A stretch of 64,000 bases of DNA from Schizochytrium sp. TIO01 (lineage: Eukaryota; Protista; Bigyra: Labyrinthulomycetes): positions 1,550,001 to 1,614,000 of the forward strand of contig SMSO01000025.1 of the NCBI GenBank assembly GCA_004764695.1. Direction: 5' to 3'. The notes beneath the pieces were generated by a model. The model did not search any database. It was not told the origin of the DNA and saw nothing but the letters and a program-made list of their open reading frames with translations. A program made the position numbers and the translations under genes. Shown one piece after another: positions 40,449 to 51,310 of this stretch (position 1 is the stretch's first letter; each line of letters opens with the position of its first letter).

Positions 40449-41687
40449 ATTCGTTCACCTGCAGCCAGCTTCGACCTTGTTAGAATCGTAAATTGTCGAC
40501 CAAATTCCTCTGCAGGCTTAGTAGATACCCACAATATTCGTCTCCCTCAAGAATCTCTTCTGAAGGCCCAACCAAACTAGATTCTGCAAAGACTTTCTGC
40601 ACGCAGGCAAAGCAAGCAAGCAAGCAAGCTAACTACTCGGAAACGCTCTAGCGGGGCAGCAGAGGGCTGCAATCAATGTTATCCTGATCGCAGTCGATCG
40701 TCCGAGTTTCGGTTCTGCTGAGTTTGCCACAACTCGAAGCTCGCGGCTTCGGCCTCGGCGTTATTCCATGATTATCTAGTATAACTGTTTTGTTTGTTTG
40801 TTTGTTTGTTTGTTTGTTTCATTCACTTCGTTTAATATTCGTTCTTTTCCCTCAAAAGTTAAACTTTTTATCTTTTTTCTTCTCGACGAATCGATCCATC
40901 GGTAAAGACGGAACTTGCCGCCACTTCCTCAAGTCCGCCGCAATTGTCCGGTTTCTTGAACATCTATGCCCAGCTCTGGGACTGCCTTTCGACTCCAGCC
41001 AGGCAGCGTTGCCCCGGACTTAGTTGCGTGCCTTTTTAAACCTCCTTGAGTCGAGTGAGCAGGCGTCCGCGTCAAGTTCTGTCTCCTATAGACAAAGACT
41101 GCTCTGTTGTTCTTTTGCTACGTTCGAGTTGAATGTGAAGCGAACATTGCGGCGGCGTCGTGTGAGACCAGAACCTTGAGAATTCCAGACCTGGTAGAAA
41201 CTCAGATAGGTATCAGGGAAAGAAAGCACCAAAGGCAGCTGGCTGGCTGCTTCAAACTTTATTTCGTTGAGCGGCTGATGTCTGTCTCTGAGCAAGGGAG
41301 GGCCTTGTCAGACATTCTCAAGACTTTTCACTGTCAAGGTCTCGTTGCTGTGAACTTATCGCGTGGCTGCAGACTTTCGAAGAAGGGTCAGTGCTGTTCA
41401 TCTGTCCTCGACGGAGAAGACTGTGACGCAGTCTTGTGAGACTGAAATTTGAGACTCGCACCGGGATCGTTGAGCTTTGGAGACTACTGTCGCTAGACTT
41501 GTCGAGGTGGGGCGGAATGGGAAGGAGCGTATGGCTGCCGAAGATTGAACGGTTGGAACAACCAGTTTCGCACCAGTGCGGCTCGAGATCGAAAGCAAAG
41601 CTTCAAGTGGCACAGGGATAAATCGGAGCGACGTCTATTACCTCGGTGCATGTTCCGGATAGAATAGTGAAGCACGAAGAGAAAACC

Positions 41688-43205
41688 ATGTTACGCGAAG
41701 ATGACAACCGCGAGGTCTGCTTATCGCAGGGAGTTGTCGCAGTTGAAGAAAGAGATAATGAAGCAATGCAAGAACTCAGCGAGACTGCACGAGATCTAGA
41801 CGGTGCTGAACCAGTGGTAAATCCTGGCTGGACAACTATCAAAGAATGTGAAAGACAAGAAGTAGAGGATGGCGCAAAACAAAACGGCGTCTCACTGCAA
41901 CCCGCACCTCGTCCATGCTTTGTTCGGGCAATCACACTGCCAACAATTGTGTTTGCTCAATTTGCGGGCACCTCGCTGTGGTTTGCTCCCAATGCTGTAG
42001 CATCTCAGATTGATGGATTTGGTGCTTCGCAGCTGTCAGCGCTAACATCTTTGGTCCAAGCTGGATTTATTGTCGGCACGTTTGTGCTGACATATTTCAA
42101 TGTCTCTGACCGATTCGTACCGGAGCTTGTGTTTGCTCTCATGTGCTCTTTGGGAAGTTTGTTTAATATTCTTTGCATTCTTAACACAACGTTTGCTACA
42201 TGGGCGATCTTACGAACTCTGGTCGGATTCTGTCTGGCAGGTGTATATCCAGTAGGTATGAAGGTTGCTGCAAAGCACTATCCGGATGGTCTTGGTGCTC
42301 GACTTGGCATTCTTGTAGGTGCATTAACACTCGGAACAGCATTTCCATGGATTCTGCGAGGCGTTGGTAGTAGCCTTCCCTTTGAGACCACCCTGCTGAC
42401 AGTCACTCTATTTGCTCTCGCTGGAGGAATTCTACTTCCTGTTGTATTGGTTCCATTGCCTGAAATCTTACCGGCGGTTCTTGCTATCATGACCTGGCGA
42501 TCTAGATTGCTTGAACAAAGAAATGGTGCAGGCCTCAAGTTGGGCTTTGCTGCTATTCGGGAAATTTGCAGTGCGCGGGACTTTCGTGCGGCTGCAATAG
42601 GATATTTTGGTCATATGTGGGAACTTTATGCGTGGTGGGCATATGTCCCCGACCTTGTTGAGTCGCACGCGGAGATCTCTGGAGGAGCTGTTCTGTCACA
42701 ACCTTTGACCACATTTGTTGCCATCGGGATCGGAGCTGTATCCTGCACGTTGGGAGGTATCTGGAGTTTATATGCAGGACACGGTAAACTTCCAGGAAGT
42801 GCAGTTGTCGCCAACACGGCCTTATTAGTTTCTATGCTTTGTTGTTTTCTTGTTCCGTTATACAAGTTCATGGATCCTATAGGCTTTTTTGTGTTTCTTC
42901 TAGTCTGGGGTTGGAGTGTCATCGCTGACTCTGGGCAGTTCTCTGCATTGTTGGCTAAAAGCGCGCCACCAGGTCTGGTAGGGACAGCTCTCACTCTCAC
43001 TGTATGCGTTGGTTTTACCATAACTGTAGTTGCAATTCAGATTTTAGGTGCGATATTAGCAACGGACGTGGACCCAGGGTTGGCTTTTCTGGTGCTCGCG
43101 CCGGGTCCTGTGGTTGGCCTTGCAGCAAGTTATGGTCGCTGGCCGTGCCATCAAGTGTGGTGTCCTTCATCTTCATGCTGCAGCAGCGGTAGAAATGATG
43201 CATGA
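41688..43205 (+). CDS. Major facilitator superfamily transporter, bacterial-type subfamily
   Basis: About 12 hydrophobic segments; motifs GTSLWF, VQAGFIVG, LAGVYPVGMK, GYFGHMWELYA and WGWSVIADSGQFSAL. First ATG is at 41688 (track start is GTG at 41646). Confidence 0.88.
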   Translation: MLREDDNREVCLSQGVVAVEERDNEAMQELSETARDLDGAEPVVNPGWTTIKECERQEVEDGAKQNGVSLQPAPRPCFVRAITLPTIVFAQFAGTSLWFAPNAVASQIDGFGASQLSALTSLVQAGFIVGTFVLTYFNVSDRFVPELVFALMCSLGSLFNILCILNTTFATWAILRTLVGFCLAGVYPVGMKVAAKHYPDGLGARLGILVGALTLGTAFPWILRGVGSSLPFETTLLTVTLFALAGGILLPVVLVPLPEILPAVLAIMTWRSRLLEQRNGAGLKLGFAAIREICSARDFRAAAIGYFGHMWELYAWWAYVPDLVESHAEISGGAVLSQPLTTFVAIGIGAVSCTLGGIWSLYAGHGKLPGSAVVANTALLVSMLCCFLVPLYKFMDPIGFFVFLLVWGWSVIADSGQFSALLAKSAPPGLVGTALTLTVCVGFTITVVAIQILGAILATDVDPGLAFLVLAPGPVVGLAASYGRWPCHQVWCPSSSCCSSGRNDA

Positions 43206-43532
43206 TCCATGTGTGGAGAATCACGTGTGTTCATATGTATTTTGATTTGGTAAATGTAAAATAAAGATTTGGTAAAATGTTGTTACTCATCTGTGCAGGT
43301 GTCGAGAGAAAGCCTTGCAAGAAGTCTTTTTCAAGTTTGTGCAGGCCTCTTCATAGAAAGAACGGAAGAAAAAACTCTCGAGCAAAGGGAAGTGTTATAT
43401 AAAATGAAACCGAAAAGGGAGGGCAGAAACGAACAAAGCACTCGGCGCTCGCTAAATAGCGTCAAGATCGGGGCTTACTCTGGCAGGTGCTGCTTCCCAT
43501 GGGAAATGGGATAGCATAGGCTGCTTTCGGGT

Positions 43533-44288
43533 TTAAGGTTGCATGCGAAGAGCGCCATCAAGGCGGTACACAGCACCGTTGATCATCTGGTTCTCAATGA
43601 TGGCAAGTGCGAGCTGTGCGTATTCATCCGGGTTACCAAGTCGGGAAGGGTTGGGCACAGTAGCGCCAAGCTCGGCCTTGACCTTTTCGGGAAGGCCCGC
43701 AAGCAGAGCAGTGTCGAACAGGCCTGGGGCAATGGTGTTGACGCGGATCTTGAGAGATGCAAGGTCCCGTGCCATAGGTAGGGTCATGCCGACGATGGCG
43801 GCTTTGCTGGCGGCATATGCGACCTGACCAACTTGGCCTTCGTAGGCTGCAATACTGGCAGTGTTAATGATGACACCATTGCTCTCGTCCTTGCCGTTCT
43901 TGGACATCTTCTCTGCAGCCAAGCGGCACACGTTGAAGGTGCCTGCAACATTGACGTCAAGAGTTTGTTTGAACTTGTCCAGAGGGTGAGGACCACGCTT
44001 GCTGAGGGTCCTAATGGCATGTGCGAGGCCAGCGCAGTTTACTGCGATGTCAAGGCGGTCACCAGAGGCATCGATGGCAGCCTGGACCTGTTCCTCGTTG
44101 GTCACATCTGTGGGCATAAAAATGCCGAGTCCTCCAGGCAGAGATTTGGCAGTCTCCTCGCCGTTGCTGGACGGAAGATCAGCAATCACAACGCGAGCAC
44201 CGTTTGCTGCGAGGCGCATTGCAGTAGCCCGTCCCAGACCTGAGGCGGATCCGGTTACAATGGCAGCGAGGCCTTTAAGGGAAGTCAT
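43533..44288 (-). CDS. HSD17B10: 3-hydroxyacyl-CoA dehydrogenase type 2 (SDR family, HSD17B10/scully-like)
   Basis: [11 protein letters not shown]-binding motif, [30 protein letters not shown] (YxxxK), [18 protein letters not shown], and C-terminal [10 protein letters not shown]. Confidence 0.95.
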   Translation of the reverse strand: MTSLKGLAAIVTGSASGLGRATAMRLAANGARVVIADLPSSNGEETAKSLPGGLGIFMPTDVTNEEQVQAAIDASGDRLDIAVNCAGLAHAIRTLSKRGPHPLDKFKQTLDVNVAGTFNVCRLAAEKMSKNGKDESNGVIINTASIAAYEGQVGQVAYAASKAAIVGMTLPMARDLASLKIRVNTIAPGLFDTALLAGLPEKVKAELGATVPNPSRLGNPDEYAQLALAIIENQMINGAVYRLDGALRMQP

Positions 44289-44327
44289 GGTCTTATTAAA
44301 GAGGGGTATACAAATCTAGATCCGGGC

Positions 44328-44606
44328 CTGTGAAATCGCTCATTCAACATTTAATATCATTTCATTCCATTTCCGTCTGCGTTAGCTTTCCTGTTTCCCT
44401 GCCGAGCTGTAGAAAGATCCGCCCATATCCAAGCTCCTCCTCCGTGCAGAGCAAGCGTATCCGGCTGCTATCGTATCTTTTTTCGTAGTAGAATCCGCGA
44501 AAACGATTTAGTTACCCTGGATACTCCTCCTACCCCTGACTCCTGCTGCATCATCCCAGAGAGAGTCCATCCACCAAGAACCAGGACCACCCTCGCGCTG
44601 GCTTAC
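44328..44606 (-). other. Putative 5'-UTR intron of HSD17B10
   Basis: Minus strand shows a CAG|GTAAGC donor at 44606, a GCTAAC branch-like motif at about 44381-44386, and a TTCACAG acceptor ending at 44328, 40 nt before the ATG. Alternative acceptors exist. Confidence 0.4.
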
Positions 44607-46206
44607 CTGCAAAGATTGAGCGTACGCAGCAAAGTCGAGCCTCCCCACGTCTGCTGGTGTCTGCCTGTGTTACCCCGTTGGCAGCGAGCTTGCTCGATTT
44701 GTGTTTGCTTGCTTGCTCGCTCGCTTGCTTGCTTGCCGTAGTCTTCTGCGAAGATTGGATTCGCTTCTTTGGTATTGTTGCTAATTCCTCTCCTTCCTTG
44801 AGAGCCTTTTTGTGCTTTGGCTGTCGCTAAGAAAGCTTACGACGACCTATCTCATTGATTAAGTTATGAGGACCCAAATTTGCCCTCAGTTTTGCCACCG
44901 CGAAGGCCTTTTTTGGGGCCCTGCTCGCCTGGTTTTGGGCCCACCTCCGCACTGCCTGCCCTCCCAAGCCAGAGACAACACCGCAAGCGTCCAGGATGGA
45001 ACCTTTCTGTGAATCCGCCGCCGATGAATGAGGTGCGAGCTCCCAGCGAAACTGCTGCGGCTTGCTCGAGCCGGAATTGGTGAGTGAGTGATTGCTCTGC
45101 TACTCTTTGGAAGAGGCGGACTGGAGCATGCTCGTAATACATAGCAACTCGGGGGATGACAAAATGGGTTCTGCAGGCGTGGTGACAATTGAGCGAACTC
45201 TTAAGAGGCAGTGGAATGCGAGCGAGCGCAGGTGGCGCAATGAGGGGCATTGGCACGGGTGGCGGAGGAATAAAGAGAATGATAGATTTTTCATTGGTCT
45301 TCTTGTTGCGATGATACTCATGCGATCGTGAGTGATGCTAATTTAAGGGATTGGAGCTGTGCACAGATTTCAGGATCTCAATTGATTACTCTTAAAAAAA
45401 GCAAGCTATGAACTGTAGATGAATAAAAACGGCGAAAGGTGTTGAATTTTGGGATTTTCTTTTTTTGCGAATTTCGATTCCTTACGACCCCTGATTTAGC
45501 AAGTATGATGCGACTTGAATGCTTGAAAGAAGCACGCTAAAGAACCATTTGGCGATATATCGAAGTTTGGCCCACTCAAAAGGTCTTTTGCACGCAACAC
45601 CACTTGCCAGGCATGTCCCTCTCAAGCTCAACTTTCTGGAGCTGTCAACTTTCTGGAGCTGTCCATTCCCAAGAATCAAGAATGAGGTGACTGGAATAAG
45701 GCGTCAATTGTCGATGCCCTGAACCTATAACTTGCTTTGCTCTATTCTTTGGCGCATTTTGATATCTCGTTAATCTGCTGTAAGCTGCCTCTGTAACCTA
45801 CTTTCTCTCCCACACACAGAGCCATCGGAGGCCTACAATAGAGTATTCGCTTTTAAAGTGCACCAAACTTTAGCTTACTATGGGTTATAAGTATACTCCT
45901 GTTATTGCAAGTGGACTATTCTGGCGGCTCGTCCTCCAAAAGGAAATAGTTGGATGCCAGGAAAGACTGGCGCAGACAGCGTGAGTAAGAGTGCTTGCCA
46001 TAGGAACCCCGGCAGAGAACTCCTCCATTCCCCAATTCACTCTCCCTCTGTTCTCGCGCGAGAGGACGTTGGGAATTCCTCAACCCTCTGGACCTGGGGC
46101 GTTTTTTTGCCTCGCTTCATACGCGCAGTAGCTTCGCCTTGGTGAGTCAGCTCAGTCATCCGCTCATCCACTCGTCCATCCATACATACAACTAAGTCTC
46201 GCAGTC

Positions 46207-48336
46207 ATGGCGCGGGGATCTCGCGGGCCCCGCTCTCGCGGTCGCGGGGACGATGATCTTCCCTCTGATGATGAGATGGAGGCCTTCCACACTCGCCGCC
46301 TTGGCTCCGATGCGGACCTGGGTTTAGAGGACGACGATGGCAACGCATCTGAGGACAGCGACTTGAACGCAGAAGGCGTGTTGGACCTGAAGAGGGTCCA
46401 ATATAACGACGATGATGAAGACAGTGACGATGACAGCGATGACATCGACGCAAAGGTGGACGCCAAGACTGCCAAGATGGGCAAGCGATGGGGCTCCAAA
46501 CGTAGCGATTTCTTCAAGGAGGGCGATGAGAGTGACAGTGAGGAGATCTCCGACGAGGAGGAGGCTGCCGCAGAGGCCGAGGCTGAGGAGCAGGAGGCAC
46601 GGAAAATGAAGCGTCAGCTGGCAAAGGGTCTCAAGGCAGAGGACTTTGAGCTCGATGTGGACTCTGATGATGAGGACGTCAAGCAGGCCGGAGCGCTTCT
46701 GGTCAAGAAAAAGAAGGCACAGCAGCAGGGCAAGAAGAAGGACACCTCCCGTAAGAACGAGAAACTCGAGAGAGTGGCCGCACAGGCGCCAGAACTGATT
46801 GGACTTCTGTCAGAGTTCAAGGCGAACTTGGAGACCCTCGAGAAACATGTGGTGCCTGTGATGCAAAAGGTGCAGGAGGGTGAGATGCCGACGGAGAACG
46901 GCGTAAGCTACCTAGAGGCCAAGTACGTTGCCATGCTCACGTACTGCATCAACATTGCGTACTACCTTTACCTCAAGGCAAACTCGGAGTCTGTCAAGGA
47001 CCACCCTGTCATTCGCCAGCTTGTGCGTATGCGGACTGTCCTCGAGAAGCTCAAGCCGCTTGACATCAAGCTCAAGAACCAGCTCGACGAAATCCTTGCT
47101 TCCAAGGCTGCCCCCGTCACTAAGCAAGCTTCTGGCGTCAAGAAGGCCGCAGTAAAGAACGCTGCAAGACCCAATCCTGCTGATCTTATGGACGATGATG
47201 ACGATGTCAGCGATCTTGAGGAGAAGGACGTTGGCTCCGAGGAGGACCTCGATGATGACGACGAGGAAGTACAACCTAGAAGCAAGAAGAACAAGGAAAC
47301 CTCTGGTGCTCCCAAACGATACATGGTACCAAAGGTGTTCGCGCCCACGAACTTCGAAGAGGAGGAGCGCGAGGCTTTGCAAGACGAAAAGCGACGAAAG
47401 AGACTTCAGCGCAAGCTGCAAAACAACCGCATGCTGCAGGAGCTGACAAGCGAGCTGACCGACCGCCCGATGGAAGAGCCATCGATCGGAGCCTCATTGG
47501 CAGACCGCAAGAACCGCGAGGAGATGGCAGAACGCACCAAGTACGAAGAAGACTACTTTGTGCGCCTGCGGGAGACCAAGAAGCAGCGCAACATGCGCAG
47601 ACAGCGCGAGCGCGACGCACAGGCGTTGGAGGGCAATCTTGCAGACCTCGAGGAGTTTGGAGACCTCGAGGGCCTCGTGAGCCGTATCGATCGCGACGCC
47701 TCTTACCGCGTGGACGAGAAGGCACGCCGCGAGCAAGAGCTGGCTAAGTTCATGCAGAAGATCGAGCAACAGGAGCAGAGCCAGAAGAAGAAGGCCGAGA
47801 AGCGGCAGACCGGAGACGAGGATCTCGCCATTCGAGACCCGATGGTCCTGCAGATGAACAAGAACAAACGCGCAGTATTCGACGAGGAGGAGGCCATGGC
47901 AGAGCAGGAACTCAAGGAGAAGAAGCGCCGCCTTGCCAAGTTCAAGCGCGATGTGGAGATGGACGAAAACATTGTGGACGACGCCGAGGAGGACGATATG
48001 TACCGCATGGCCAAGGAGGAGGCACGCGAGAAGAAGCGCCAGCGCCAGGAACAGTACACCATCGAACCGCGCATGCAGTCTGCACCAGGACGCACTCTGG
48101 ACGAGGGCAAGAAACGTTTTGCTTCGCGCAAGATCATGAAGAACGAGGGTCTCCATGCTCACAAACGCGTCGAAGATCGCAACCCGCGTACACGCCGCCG
48201 CAAATTGTACGAGCGCAAGGTCAAGGCACGCAAGGGTCAGGTCCGCGATGTTCGCACCGGAGAGGCCGACAACTATGGCGGAGAAAGCTCTGGTCTGCGC
48301 ACCAACCTTGTGGCGTCCAGACGCCCAGGCAAGTAA
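46207..48336 (+). CDS. UTP3: SSU processome component Sas10/Utp3
   Basis: Acidic N-terminus; Sas10/Utp3/C1D domain (GVSYLEAKY..YCINIAYYLYLKA..KDHPVIRQLV..LEKL); C-terminal Sas10 domain (IMKNEGL..RNPRTRRRKLYE..KGQVR..YGGESSG). Confidence 0.95.
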   Translation: MARGSRGPRSRGRGDDDLPSDDEMEAFHTRRLGSDADLGLEDDDGNASEDSDLNAEGVLDLKRVQYNDDDEDSDDDSDDIDAKVDAKTAKMGKRWGSKRSDFFKEGDESDSEEISDEEEAAAEAEAEEQEARKMKRQLAKGLKAEDFELDVDSDDEDVKQAGALLVKKKKAQQQGKKKDTSRKNEKLERVAAQAPELIGLLSEFKANLETLEKHVVPVMQKVQEGEMPTENGVSYLEAKYVAMLTYCINIAYYLYLKANSESVKDHPVIRQLVRMRTVLEKLKPLDIKLKNQLDEILASKAAPVTKQASGVKKAAVKNAARPNPADLMDDDDDVSDLEEKDVGSEEDLDDDDEEVQPRSKKNKETSGAPKRYMVPKVFAPTNFEEEEREALQDEKRRKRLQRKLQNNRMLQELTSELTDRPMEEPSIGASLADRKNREEMAERTKYEEDYFVRLRETKKQRNMRRQRERDAQALEGNLADLEEFGDLEGLVSRIDRDASYRVDEKARREQELAKFMQKIEQQEQSQKKKAEKRQTGDEDLAIRDPMVLQMNKNKRAVFDEEEAMAEQELKEKKRRLAKFKRDVEMDENIVDDAEEDDMYRMAKEEAREKKRQRQEQYTIEPRMQSAPGRTLDEGKKRFASRKIMKNEGLHAHKRVEDRNPRTRRRKLYERKVKARKGQVRDVRTGEADNYGGESSGLRTNLVASRRPGK

Positions 48337-49496
48337 AATTATGTTTGTTTCTTTGCACTTTCCTTTCGTCCATATGGCCAATCATAGCTGCTGTTGCTAC
48401 TACAATGCACAGAGCAGCAGTGGAGGCTTTCTTCATTCAACCTTAATTCTTTCACACACAATAACACAATCCTTAAAGTACCAACCTCTTTTGCTATACT
48501 CTCTGGTGCCATGCCTGTTGCCTACCCCACCTATCCTTCTCTTTTGCTTGACTTGCTGTTTTGATATTACAGCACTTATCATTTCGAACCATTTCATAGG
48601 AGTATTTTGATGAAAATGAGGTTGACACTTCATAAATTACTTGAACAGTTGAATTTAATTGCAATTTTATCTGAAGGCAATGGGAATATAAGACTAGAAA
48701 ATGTGAAATCTACTTTTTTCCAGGCTCACATTCTACACACAAAATAGAAATTTCGAGCATGACATTTACTTTGGGCATCAATGAATCCCCATTTTGCTGA
48801 TCTAGAGGAAACCTGTCATCAGACTGTGCCGTATTCTGTTAGACATATGTTCGGCATAGAAATTTAGAAGATTGAATCTCTCTCAGGAAGCATAATAAAA
48901 AAGAAAAGAAAAATCATCATTGGGCAGTATAGGTACAAACAGAAATCCTAATAAAGTAAGAAGGATGCAGGAGGAAGTACATCCTTACTTAGTCAATCAA
49001 CGAATCAGTCAATCGCCCAATCATTCAATTTGCAGGATAGATAAACTGAGAATTGCGTACTACACCATTGTTGCGCACCCATCCCAAGTCTTGCAACCTT
49101 GTTATTTTTTGCTTGTTTGGTTTTGCTTTCTAGAAATTAAAGGTGGATATGGTATTCTTCTTCCTAGATTCGGGATATTTGCTCTCAACGGCCAACCAGC
49201 TGCTCGCACACAGAAACGAGACGGCTATTCAACTAAAGAGATCCTTCACACCCACCCGTCTACAAAAAAATACGCCTCCTTGTAGACGCCTCATTTACTC
49301 CATACTTAGACGCTGTAAAAAAATTGCTTCGCGCATGCGTGCAACCGCATTAAACAAAGCGCTTCTTGTATGGAACGCTGTGAAAATAAAAGAATTGAAA
49401 TCTTCATAATGAAGTATGTCTTGAGTAAATTTCGATATCTTCAACAAACTCGACAGTTGTTCCAGTAGAATATCTCAGACAAAGCCTGCTTGCACC

Positions 49497-50109
49497 TTAG
49501 TGGCCCATGATGGACTCAATGGCAGCACTGAAAGCAGCAAATCCGATGCATCCAAAGCACATTCCCGGCGGGTCCCTGACTGGCTGCGAGCACGGCTCCT
49601 GAGATGCATCCAGCGGAGACACCGTTGAAGATGTCGTGTTTAGCACGGTACTTTTCAATGACGCACTCTACTGCAGAGAAAACAATGGTGACGGAGCCAA
49701 AGTTCTTACCCCAACGACGAGCGCGACGAGCAGTAGAGAACCAGCTGTCGCGGAGCTGCCACTTCATGGGCACCTTGGGCGGATCAGGCACACCTGGCAT
49801 AGACACGGGGGGTGCAATGGATCCATATCCTCCAAGAACGAGACCCATGGCAGCACCCATAAGACCACCAACCAGGCCACTGCCGACAGCGCGCACGACA
49901 CACGCCTCAGTGAAAACCATGGGATCCTGGTTCTGCATCATGAGCTGCCGGTTGAGGTTCGCCGCCAACGCGCCTGAGAGGCCGCCCTCAGCCTCAAGCT
50001 GAGCGTTGACACCTTGCTGTTGTTGCTGAAAGGCCTGCTGCTGCGAGCCGACAGTCGCAGCGCTGGCAAAGGCGCCAAAAGGCATACCGCCACCGCCCAT
50101 GGAGGCCAT
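49497..50109 (-). CDS. TIM22: Mitochondrial import inner membrane translocase Tim22 (Tim17/22/23 family), with an apparent 1-nt frameshift near 49565
   Basis: EACVVRAVGSGLVGGLMGAAMG and KNFGSVTIVFSAVECVIEKYRAKHDIFNGVSAGCISGAVLA. The conserved last helix MCFGCIGFAAFSAAIESIMGH* lies in the adjacent frame and ends at 49497. Confidence 0.9.
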
Positions 50110-51310
50110 GGCGCAGAAATCTCAAATCTCCGGCACGCAAACACAGGTACGCACGCAGCAAGCAAATGAGAGGGAGCGAAGGAGGAGCAGGTGCACCAGG
50201 AAATCAACTACTCAAGGGCTCGACTCGATCGATGCCTTTCGCGGAAAGGTCTGTCTCAAGGTTTGCGTGCTCTTCGTCTACTCCCTTCCTAGTATATACA
50301 TTACAGTCGACACCTCAAAGAAAATGAGATGGATGAAAGGCAGGCAGCTGGTATGGTCTGCGCAACACAAAACGAATCTAAAATGGGTTTCCCATACCGC
50401 GGCAACGATGCGGTCACGGGATCATTCATGTGCCTACTTAGGTAGTGAAGATAGCTAGCATACAATCAGGTAGCCTGGGAAGTAAGTTAGGTACTGCAGC
50501 TTAGGCTCTCGAAGCTTGCCCTCTTGAGTTTTGCACTATCAGTGCCACTTCAAGAGCCATGATTGATGGGTGCTTGCTTGGCTGATCAATGATCTTCCTG
50601 TCAGGCTCTTGGAGTTTATTTAAGGGAATCCTTTCCCTTTTTTTAATCTCGTCTTTTTCATCTTTTTAGCCATTCTTGTTACTATTGTTAGGCCCAATTG
50701 ATTTTTTAATTATTATTATCATAATTATTATTAAAATGTTTTGTTCATTTTGCTGCTGCTGTTGATGTTGTTGTTGCTATTGTTGTTTTATTTTAAAACT
50801 AAGATTATTGTGTTTCTTATGGTGACTTTTAGTTTCTTTTGGATTGAAAACGATGAATCACGATCATGATTGGGAAAACAAAACATGGTGGTATAATAAA
50901 TAGAAGAGCGAGCTCGGCAAGCAGAGCCTGAGGCTCGAACAAGCAAACTTGGTTGAGAGGAAGGCAGCCGGAGGGGGACCTCTTGCGTGGTCCAATCCGT
51001 GCAGGCTGCGGAGAGGATTTTGGAGAGACTGAAGATCCTCACAGGCGAATATCTGAGCGTGCGTGAGTGCGTGCGTGCGTGCGTGCGTTGATCTACTTGT
51101 CCATTCGATCGACCGTCGATCGACCCATCCATCCCATACGACCACGGTGGCCTTGGTCGGTATATTGATTGGAGATCGCCAGATAAAGACTATAGGATCG
51201 TCTGGCTGAAGTTAGATTGGTCTTGGATATAGCAAAAGACACCGCCTACGTCTCTTTTCGCTTAAAGTTAGCATTTGATTAATATAGATTGAAAGCGTGC
51301 ACTTAGGACT

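Noticed and set aside
33939-44288. ILVBL + MFS + HSD17B10 as a fatty-acid catabolic gene cluster
   Set aside because: Interleaved with unrelated ARMC9 and redoxin genes in mixed orientations; no evidence of co-regulation.
46912-48381. Long antisense ORFs over UTP3 (also over HSD17B10 and the NDK-AK gene)
   Set aside because: Expected shadow ORFs from GC3-biased codon usage.
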